Shown one piece after another: positions 13,601 through 23,039 of a DNA stretch of 64,000 bases (position 1 is the stretch's first letter; the number at the start of each line of letters is the position of its first letter). A program made the position numbers and the translations under genes. Origin of the DNA: Chiloscyllium plagiosum (lineage: Eukaryota); the NCBI RefSeq assembly GCF_004010195.1, contig NC_057726.1, positions 62,184,850 to 62,248,849 of the forward strand, written 5' to 3'. Below the pieces are notes generated by a model. The model worked only from the letters and a program-made list of their open reading frames with translations, had not been told where the DNA came from and did no database searches.

Positions 13601-15662
13601 NNNNNNNNNNNNNNNNNNNNNNNNNNNNNNNNNNNNNNNNNNNNNNNNNNNNNNNNNNNNNNNNNNNNNNNNNNNNNNNNNNNNNNNNNNNNNNNNNNNN
13701 NNNNNNNNNNNNNNNNNNNNNNNNNNNNNNNNNNNNNNNNNNNNNNNNNNNNNNNNNNNNNNNNNNNNNNNNNNNNNNNNNNNNNNNNNNNNNNNNNNNN
13801 NNNNNNNNNNNNNNNNNNNNNNNNNNNNNNNNNNNNNNNNNNNNNNNNNNNGACAGCAGGAGTCTTTAGGGAGACGTGAGATACTGAACAGGTATACATG
13901 GTATTACTAGAAGGAGATTGAAACACAGCCAACGAACTGGATACTTCATACAGCCCCTCGCTGTTCTGCACTTTATTAGTATTTATTCCGACTGTAGTTT
14001 CGGAGCCGTTTATATACCAGGCGAGAGTGAAATCCTCCGGATAAAATGGAACTGTTTCACACAGAAGGGTCAAAGAAACTGGTGAGTTTTCTTTATTTAA
14101 CCTGGACGTAATTTTCAGTGGTACTGGGGAAACTGCATGAAAAGAATTGAAAAAGCCATGTTATTGGAAAACCGGAAAATGTTAAATTTGAGTATGCTTT
14201 TCAACCGCTCTGTTTTATCACAATCTCAGCATTCAAAGACGCAGCTTATTGTCTACATAACTTTATGTGCAAGCTTTCGAACTGTGGCATTTATTCACTT
14301 TTACTTGAAGTATCGGCTCCAATACTTGCTTTTTCTCAGCAGAAGAAAACTACAATTTGCTTAGCACTGTTTGTCTCTTGTATTTGAATAACTTAATTCA
14401 AATGAGCCCGGGCAGTGGAAAGGACAAAGAAAATAATTTTCATCAGCCCTTGTGCTTTGACGCTCACATGAAGAGGAACGATGAAAATGCTGCTTATCGT
14501 TCAAATGACGATTATTACGTTAGCCAAATTTCAAAACCAAAGTATTGTTACTGAAGAAATATATTAAATCTGTTGAACCTCAGGAGCTACAGATTCTCTG
14601 TATTGTTTTAGATACTGATTGGAGGGCACTGAATCTACTGCGTTGTATGCTTCAAAATGTGACTTCTTTTGCATTGCTCCCCTTTATCAGTAAGTAACTT
14701 CACTCTGGTTTTCAAGCCATAACGCGGAAATTATGTAAAAGTTAATTTCTGTCCGCTTCAACCTCAGAAGGGGTAATTGGAGGTAGTCAGGACATCAATA
14801 ACACACCACAGACTAGCTACATTGTTGTGCTACGATTTACATAAGTTGCTTGTTTTCGAGTATATGTGTCGTAAATTCTGCTGGTAAACACCTGGTATTT
14901 AAGGTGCCTTTGGAATTATAATGGTTAATAGTTACAAAAGTTTCAGTTTTCTGCCTGTGATATTGATTGTCCAATTACAATACTTTCAAGAGAATCGAAT
15001 TACCAAGTGTAGGTCGCCGCTCAAACGATCAGTCCCCATGATTAAACTGCAAACGCTCATGAAATAAGCGACCAGAAAATATCTTGTTACTTCGAAATAT
15101 TTCACACAGTTTGCTCTCTCACTTACCGTGCACAAGCAAATGGGAACCAGTTCCATTTATTTGACCTATTCTTTGATAAATCACACCGCAGTGGTAGACT
15201 CCAGAATCTCGAATGGTAACGCTCAGCAAGTTACAGAAAGCTGACGTTTCATTGTCAGCACCAACTCGTTTTCTGAAACGCCTCTGAAAATGATCATTTC
15301 CAATCTGCTTCCACCAAATAACCTTTGGTTTTGAACGGGGCCGAGAGCTGGGGAATGTGCAGCGGAAGATAACGTCCTCCCGTCTGTTCACAGTTATTTC
15401 TTTGGGCGTTTGAGTAACACTGAACGAAGTGTGATCCGCAGCTGTTAGAAACAAAGTAAGATACAGATAACTGTCGTATACGGCATCAAGATAGAAGAAT
15501 TCAATACTTCAACAGAGAGATGAATTAATATTCTTTAAATGAACGAGGAGCTGTTTCGAAAGCCTTTAATTAATTAAAGCAGATCTGTCAATTAAATAAG
15601 CAAGTACCGGTAAGAATAGACTCAAGTAGAATCAAACCGAGAAAATTCATCCTCGCTGTCAT
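10509..15662 (-). CDS. Spliced gene (7 visible exons): inhibitory IgSF receptor, SP-V(J)-C1-TM-ITIM tail, SIRP-like
   Basis: Exons 15608-15662, 15127-15441, 14132->gap, 12043-12156, 11485-11528, 10882-10983, 10509-10685. All visible boundaries are canonical AG/GT with compatible phases (1,1,[1],1,0,0) and no stops. The same layout recurs in the paralog at 34-39 kb. Confidence 0.9.
10882..10983 (-). CDS. Exon 6, cytoplasmic, ITIM VQYTAV and STYAE|V
   Basis: Acceptor ttcctcgcag, donor GAG|GTAAGA, 102 nt, phase 0/0. EAPSEGVQYTAVEFSRGRRTPRRIFEAERSTYAE. Confidence 0.88.
11485..11528 (-). CDS. Exon 5, short cytoplasmic exon (NDGECIRQPDRRDKV)
   Basis: Acceptor ggtatgcag, donor GTAAGT. 44 nt converts phase 1 to the phase 0 needed by the next exon; a degraded counterpart lies at ~34859-34900. 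Confidence 0.75.
12043..12156 (-). CDS. Exon 4, stalk and uncharged transmembrane segment
   Basis: Acceptor aattttgcag, donor A|GTAAGA, 114 nt, phase 1/1. xSINSSLIFWTPICAAVGFSFLVLVTIIVKRYGLRSNR with KR stop-transfer. Confidence 0.88.
12933..13132 (+). mobile_element. CR1 RT fragment in the C1-TM intron (continues into gap)
   Basis: SKFADDTKIGG...WAEKWQMEFNSDKCEVLHFGK. Confidence 0.92.
13133..13851. other. Assembly gap (719 N)
   Basis: Run of N; ORFs spanning it are artefacts. Confidence 1.
13852..14132 (-). CDS. Exon 3, C1-set Ig domain (3' end runs into assembly gap)
   Basis: Acceptor cttttcatgcag. LLCETVPFYPEDFTLAWY...GLYEVSSSL...YTCSVSHVSL carries the C1 signatures CxxxxFYP, W, YxCxVxHxSL. 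Confidence 0.93.
15127..15441 (-). CDS. Exon 2, V-set Ig domain with J-like G strand
   Basis: Acceptor tttctaacag, donor G|GTAAGT, 315 nt, phase 1/1. VTQTP..FRC..WW..DSGVYHC..INGTGSHLLVH. Confidence 0.95.
15608..15662 (-). CDS. Exon 1, signal peptide MTARMNFLGLILLESILT
   Basis: ATG (cat 15660-15662; second in-frame ATG 15648-15650), hydrophobic core, phase-1 donor G|GTACTT. Confidence 0.85.
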
Positions 15663-15728
15663 TCTAAGCAAAGGATTCAACTGACAACTCTGTACAGTTC
15701 GTGCGAGTTGGTAACTGCTGAGATTCTT

Positions 15729-15768
15729 TTCCGGTTTGTTTTCTACTAGATATGTCACAATGACGTTT
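15729..15768 (-). promoter_or_regulatory. Putative proximal promoter: ETS core (AACCGGAA) plus CRE/ATF half-site (TGACG)
   Basis: ttccggtt 15729-15736 and atgacgttt 15760-15768, both conserved at matching positions upstream of the paralog. Confidence 0.6.
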
Positions 15769-18119
15769 AACATTCTGAGAGTGTGTTTGGTAATTTGAAC
15801 CTCATATGTTCAATATTACTTTGTAGTTTCTGTGTTTATTTCACGTCTGAAATCACACGTATCACTGGAAACAAAGTTTCGGAAAAGTCATTTCATTTTG
15901 AAATACAAAGTTAACTCACACTGCTCATGTCCGTACTGTTTCTAAACACGAGTTGATTTGACTCCATCGTTCTCCTGGTCAGTGCGTCCAGATCTTAACC
16001 ACAATTTTGGGCACGTGGCACTTGTTTTGACTTTTATCATAATGGAAGGATCTGGTTCTTGTAATTTCCGTTAATGTGATCAACAACCTATTATCATTCC
16101 TTTCCGAGTTCTTATAATATGAACAATGGCATCAAATCTCGTCTCAACTTTCTCTCCATAAATGAAAATTGCCCGAGTTTCTCCACTAACTTCCTCCTTC
16201 ATCCATGGAATCAGGCATGTTTTGTGTCAGTCATCTCTCAATGAGTTGGGATTTCCTTTCTGTGCTAGAATTTTCTGGGTGCAAATTACACTCCAGGAAG
16301 AGAAGACAAAAGCCAGGAATGACAGTAATGAAACATATTGCATTGGCAGGGGTGCCGCCTTTCCAATGGATGTTAAATAATCCATACAGATTTTTTTTCA
16401 AAGAAGCGCACTGGAATTATTGGCGTTCTTGCCAGTATTTGCGCTTCATTCAGGATAAAAACGCAGATTTTTTTTAAACGGATTGCCGATTGCAGATGTT
16501 GGTAGGGTATGATGTCTGCTGCTTTTTTTTTAATGACAATGAATGCACTTGTAAAATAATCCATTGAGTGCAACGTGATGTCGGAATTACAACCGCCCTG
16601 CAAAAGAAATTGAACGCTTTGCGTCATTCTTACAACTTGTTTCAGCTCAATTTCGAAATGTATTCATACCGTTCCGGACGGGCAAAGCCCAGAAATCTAC
16701 GCAATGCAGCAGTTCAGTCCGAGCCGTGTTTGGTAAATCTGCACCAGAATTTCTTTGCCTTAGTAGAATATGGTCATACTTATAACGCCAAGGACTGAGG
16801 ACGAATTATTCATAATTTGCTCTACTTACTCTGTCACTTTCGCCAATCCGTGCACAAATATCCCTGGTCCCTCTACAGTGGAACTCAAAGTAAGACTGTT
16901 CCTTTCATTTGATATTGTCTCCTCGTGTTTTTCGCTGGTTTCTATCTTTCCTACAAGTGCAGCAATTTCGATTTGATTCTGCGCGCATTAGGTTTGCTCT
17001 CTGCCTTGCTTCCTGAGACATTATTAAAATGTTTTCGAAGTCCCATATATCAGAACATCCAAACTGTAATCATCAACATTGTGTATTACTAAGGAAAGGC
17101 ATAATCAAGTTAATGAGACATGCTTTGCTTTTAGGAAATGCGGACTGATTCCAGATAGGGGCAGGAGTGGGCCATTTGGCCCCTCAAACCTGCTCCAACG
17201 TTTAATATGATCATGGCTAATCATCCAGCTCAGTACCCTGTTTCTGCCTTCTACTCATACCCTTTGATCTCTTTATCTCTAAGAACTGTTTCTAACCACT
17301 TCATGAAAACATTCAACTGGTTTCTATAACAAAGTATTACTATCTCTGGTTGAATGAACTTCTATCCGAAATATGGATTCTGACTGTGTTCAGGGGCCTA
17401 ACAATGAATGCAACCAGATAACGCTGGATAAAGGAGAATAAGCGTTGAAGCATCTTCGATCATTTGAAATGCCCAGGGCTTTGGACAGTTTGAGAAAGGG
17501 GTGACTACATTATTAGCCACTGTCATAGACGTGCAGACTATAACCTGTGCCTTTGATTGACGTCGTATTGGTTTTTATGACAGAGGATGGAAAGAGAGCA
17601 GTGAAGAGAAAACCGGGTGGTGACATGCAACAAAGGTTGACGAGGTAATAGGGAAAAGGAAGACTAAGATGCAGCAGCATATTGCAAGTTGAGCGTGCAA
17701 ACAACTGTATCGACTATCAGAAGCAGTGTTGAGCCAAATATGGGTGGTTTTCAGTTTGGAAGTTCACATATTTGAAATACTAGCTAAATTATGAACCCAC
17801 GAAGGCAAGTGAACCCAATTTGAATAGGCGCAATGGAGGACATGGTGTAGGGCTCCAGCAGTGCAGTAGTGCTGTTCTTAACTCTGAACCAGGAAACCTC
17901 ATGCCTTGACTGCTTCAAACGTGTGTAATAATGTCTGAAAATATTGAATAGAATTTGTCTGGCGTGCACGATACCCTAATCAGAAAGTTTGAATTTTTTT
18001 AAACTCAGGAATTGAGGAACTTTCAAGGCACTGTGCGAGCTAAAGAAGTTAGAATTTGTTTTTTTTTGCCAAGTAATGTAATCCTCGTATTTCGATTTTC
18101 CTAAAACATTAAATAACTT

Positions 18120-18330
18120 ATAGAATAGAATTCAGAGAATCCCTACAGTGTGGAAATGCGCCATTTGGCCCAACAAGTCCATACCAACGCTCCAAAAAGT
18201 ATCCCACCCAAACCCATTCCCCTACACTACTGCTCTACATTTCCACTGACTAATGCACCTAGCCTACATTTTCCTGAACACTATGGGGAATTTAACATGG
18301 CCAAAGTACATAACCTGCCATTCTTTGAAC
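18120..18330 (-). mobile_element. HE1 SINE 3' fragment
   Basis: cctacagtgtggaaa..ggcccaacaagtcc..actatgggg..tttaacatggcc. Confidence 0.7.
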
Positions 18331-18349
18331 TTGTCAGTGTTCTCTCTGT

Positions 18350-19890
18350 TGATTTGGAGGTGCTGGTGTTGGGCTGGGTAGACAACATTAAGAATCACAC
18401 AACAACAAGTTACAGTCCAGCAGGTTTATTTGGACGCAATAACATTCAAAGTGCTGCTTCTTCATCAGGTGGTAGTGAAGCAGGACCAGCAGAAACAGAA
18501 TTCATAACAAAAGATGACTTTGATACATTGAAAAAACCTAGATTGTTAGGTCATTCATCTTTTACAATGGATTTTCTGGTTACGGTTCTTTAATATGTAA
18601 CTCCCAGAACTTATTTTAAACCACATTCTCAAACTAATTTAAGGTTTCATAACAAAAGCTGACAGCGCAACTCAGACAATGCCTTACAGCTGCGAAGTTA
18701 GAGTCTATCTGTATCCCAATTTTGAGTCAGACTGGTTCTATTCCAAAGCGGAATTTATAAATATTATATTAATTCATTGCCTGCATTGACTGCTTGCAGT
18801 TACTGCATTTTTAAGCAAAATAGAACGCATTTTGAAGTTTAATTCTGCAAATACAAATTCACCCCATTAACGTATATGCTTGTGGCATGCAGTAGAGAGA
18901 GATTGTGTGATAGCAAAGGAGCAGAGCAGAAGCTGATAGCCAAGTACGGTACCCATGAGAATGGCCTCGACCAGGTCATTGGGTTCATGTCACACAACAT
19001 GGGACCCCATTCCAACATCGTATATGCACAAACAAGCACACACACACACTTTCGAATGGATTTGCTGGTTCCATTCTTTAATATGTAAATCTCAGAACTT
19101 CTGAGTCACATTCTCAAGATCATTTAACGTTTTATAACAAAGGTGACATCTCAGCTCAGACAAAGCCTTAAAGGTGTGAGGTACTCACACAGACCCTCTC
19201 TCATACACAAGCTCTCTCTCAAATGGACACACATACACCTCTGACACTCACACCACGCACGCACCCTCTCACAGGCTTATACCCCATCACACTCACATCC
19301 ACATTTTACCAAGCTTCCACACACGCAAACACATATTCTCATACGTGCATTAAACTCACATAACCACACTCACTCCATCTCCCTCTTCTGCTTATGGGGT
19401 GAATTTGTATTTGAAGAATTATATTTGTGGATGCATTCTACTTCGCTCACAAAATGCAGAAACTACAAGCAGTCAATGCAAGCAGTCAATCCATTTAATA
19501 TTTGTGAATTCCACTTTGGAAATAGAACCAGTCTGACTCAAGAATGGGATACAGACAGACTCTCACCTCACACGTTTAAGGCTCTGTCTGAGCTGAGATG
19601 TCATCTTTGTTATAAAACTTTAAATAACCTTGAGAATGTGACTCAGAAGAAGTTCTGAGATTTGCATATTAAAGAACGGAACCAGCAAATCCATTCTAAA
19701 ACATGAAATACTGAACAATTTCGCTTTGTTGAATGTATAATTGTACCACTGTAATCTTTTGCTGTAAATTCTGTGTCTGCTGGTCCTGCTTCACAATCAC
19801 TTGATGAAAAAGCAGTGCATCGAAGGCGAGCGCTTCCAAATAAATCTGTTGGACTACAACCAGGTGTTGTGTGATTTTTAACTTTGTCTC
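18350..19890. mobile_element. Penelope-like element with inverted pseudo-LTRs
   Basis: 18390-18870 and 19400-19885 are inverted copies; internal EQKLIAKYGTHENGL..GFMSH (GIY-YIG C-terminus) and a CA-rich tract. Confidence 0.8.
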
Positions 19891-20499
19891 TTTCTGTTGG
19901 CAGTGGTTGGAAACAGTTCAAGCTCGAACAGAGAAATTGCGAGTTATTCAAGATGAACTAGTGAACTGGTAACAGTTATGTACACAATGGCTAATACTCG
20001 GACCAGTTAAGGGTAAGGCGAGCAGTATTGGTACCTCAAGGAATGATCGACATTGATTAATATGACATAACATCTCTGATAGTATCAAAGCTGATCAGAC
20101 GATCATGGATGTACCACAACACGAATTTCGCCCTTTGGCGTTACTCCTGGAGAGAATAACAACCAAGCAACCCCTCGCCAGGAGGTGGGCGGAAAAGAAT
20201 GAAGGAACTATGCAGACTATTCTGAGGTAATGTGTTTCGATTTCAATGCAGTTTTAAAGTAGTAGAGGGTGACTTGTGTACTTTCCTTTAACTGCTTACA
20301 AGTTGTATTTGGGAATATTTTGATATTTGGATATTTCTGATACTTGGTATTTTTGATACTTTTAGAATAAAAGAGTAAATTGATTAAGGTAAAGTGTACT
20401 CTGCCTTGCAAAATTCATTCCATTGTGAATAACTGTTGTCTGTTGTCTCAGGCAGAGGCAAGCAGCAAACCCGATGCAAAGATGGCCAAGGAACACAGT

Positions 20500-20900
20500 G
20501 GCGTGTTGAAGTGGCACTTGAAAAGTGTGACACTGGAAAAGTACAGCCAGTCAGGCAGCATCTGAGGAGCAGGAAAGTCGACGTTGCGGGCATAAACCCT
20601 TCAATGAAATGCAGCAGGCAACAAGAAGCTCCAGATCATTTTTGCGGACAGAACATAGGTGTTCTGCAAAGCGGTTCCCCACTCTGCACTTCATCTCTTC
20701 CATGTAGACGGGAACCACGTTTTTGAGTACCAGCATCCACTCCAAAAGGACTGCATACCATCATTTCTGCCACCTCCAACAAAATACCACCACCAGATAT
20801 ATATTGCTGCTGCCTCCCTTGTCAGCCCTCCACATGGACAGCTCCCTGCAGGATATCTTGGAACTTGCAATGTTCCAATGACTTGCAACAGAATTAGTAT
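20500..20900 (-). mobile_element. Penelope-like fragment
   Basis: VYMEEMKCRVGNRFAEHL; degenerate hammerhead-like terminal motif. Confidence 0.65.
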
Positions 20901-21839
20901 TTTTCATAGCATCAAAATTCATAGAAGCGTTCTCTCATGACACAAAGAGAAATGTGTCTGTGCAAATCAATTTGAATGTCCAGTTCACCTTATGCCACTT
21001 CATTTCTCTCGCTAACTTCTCAATTGATGTGTTAATACCTCCACATTCTTTTCCTCCCAATGTATAAGTCGGGCCTTTCGAAAGTTAAACATTTCCTTAC
21101 TAGATTTCATGACCAGGATTTCTCCATTTTCAGCAACTGCAATATTTACCTGTTTTGTCAGTATTTGCTATCACTCTTATGAAATACTTTTCGTCACTTC
21201 ATGCTCAAAATTTTATGTTCCAGTTCCCTTTTCATCTTCTTTCCCGCTTCCACTCTATTCATCCCAAACTCTATCACGATCTTATGTAAGAACTTAAAAC
21301 GTGGGAGCAGAATTAAGCCGTTGATATGATAAACTTCAACTTCATTTTTCTGCCTTTTTCCTCCATGTGTTGGTACACATACTAATTTTAAAACCTGCCT
21401 ATGTCAGTTTTGAATCTATTTCAGCAACTGTCTGGCATACAAGTCCAAAGATTCACTGCCAACTAGTACAAGAAATTCACCCTAACCTCGGTCTTAACTG
21501 AGCATCCCTTTACTCTGAGATTATGTCCACTGGCCCCATATTCTCTCAAGAAGTGAAACAGCATCTCCAGTTGTACCCTTAAAGTTCCTAAAGAATCATT
21601 TTTGTCATAAGGTATTCTTCTAACTTCCGAAGAGTAAGTTGGGTCCGTACTCAATCCCTCCTCATAATATAGTCCCTCTAAACCTGGATAAAGATGGAGA
21701 ACCTTTACTGGACTGCCTCAACGTGACAAATCTTTCCCTCGATCAGGAGACCAAAACTGTTCACGGTCTTCCAGCTATGGGTTTAACTTTTGCTTTTATA
21801 TTTTTAGCATGAACTCCTTCTTTATAATCCATTCTCTTG

Positions 21840-22230
21840 AAAGTTGCTGTGTTTTCTCTCTTGTTCAAGCAGGTTTAACTGTTACTCAATCTTAACTGAC
21901 TCCAATACCTCCCTTGGAGTAACAGTTCTTTCTTGTATTCGACAAAGCCCAAACGCTGGTCTAGTAGTTCAATTATCTTTGCCTTCCTGGCTCTGGTTGG
22001 TAATACATTTGCCAAGTCGATCAGTCTGGCTTTTGTTATTGCTTGAAAATTTGTCAAGGATTTCTCAACTGCAATAGCATTCATCTACTTCCAAAGACAA
22101 CTTATTTTTGAATGCTGAGGCTGGTATCTGCCCTTAAAGACTTACCCTATCTCCAGATGCAATCTTACATTATCATCATTCAAAATATGCTGGTGGCGAG
22201 CCCCCAGACCTTTGTCACAGCTGAACACCA
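21840..22230 (-). mobile_element. Gypsy-type LTR retrotransposon remnant (LTR end, tRNA-Pro PBS, gag start)
   Basis: Minus strand ...GTGACA, then TGGGGGCTCG (22197-22206), then KARLIDLAN..RARKAKIIELL, resembling a gag N-terminus. Confidence 0.55.
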
Positions 22231-23039
22231 ATAATCACATCCCCACTCTGAAGCAAAGCAAATCAGATGGTTGTTGCCAGGTTTAACTCAAATGTCAAAA
22301 TTGATCCCAGAAAATGCAAAATAACACATTCTCCTTCTAACCTTCCAACAGGCTAAGTGAACGATTTTATTGATACCGTTGACTTCAAGAAAAAAGATTA
22401 CTTTGTACGTTAACATGCTGAAGCACTATCCCTGATGCTACATGGAATAGACACTGACAGATCTGTCAGATAATAAGTCCTACTTCAAGAACATGGAACA
22501 TGGATATTACAGGATAAACAGGAAAACGAACATTTAATGATTGATTTTAGATCAGTTATAATCACTATTTGGAGTTGATTAATCTAATATTTGGCTTAAG
22601 AGTAACCAATGTAGATCTTGATGGTCCAGCATCATGTGGTCGTGTGCTTAATTTCATTTGACAAAAAAATGAACCATGGGATTGAAACAGGGTAACGGCG
22701 ATAATCTAATGCTTAAAGTTACATCTTTAGTTTACAGGTTGAGAAGGGTATATTTAATTTCAGATCCATGGATCCAAGGTTGAATAATTCCAAACTCATT
22801 GCCCTTTATCAAGAAATTAGAGCAACTGCATTCTTCTACCTTTTATTCCTCGAAGTTTAATGATTAATTAAATAAAACCTTTGCATGAAAATTAAATTTT
22901 TACATATGTATTTAGTTTGCTTATTGTTAATCCTTCTATCCTTTCAGATTGACTTTCTTAGAAATTAGTATACTATTAATAGACATATGTTGAAGGATGT
23001 CAACCTTGGATCCTAAGTGCATATAAGGTTGGAGAGACA

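Noticed and set aside
12978-13910. Long ORFs of 310, 316 and 247 aa
   Set aside because: Artefacts of translating through the N gap.
14133-15126. Possible rearranging Ig/TCR locus (RSS, separate J segments)
   Set aside because: The V exon already includes its G strand and splices directly to C1; no convincing heptamer-spacer-nonamer was seen.
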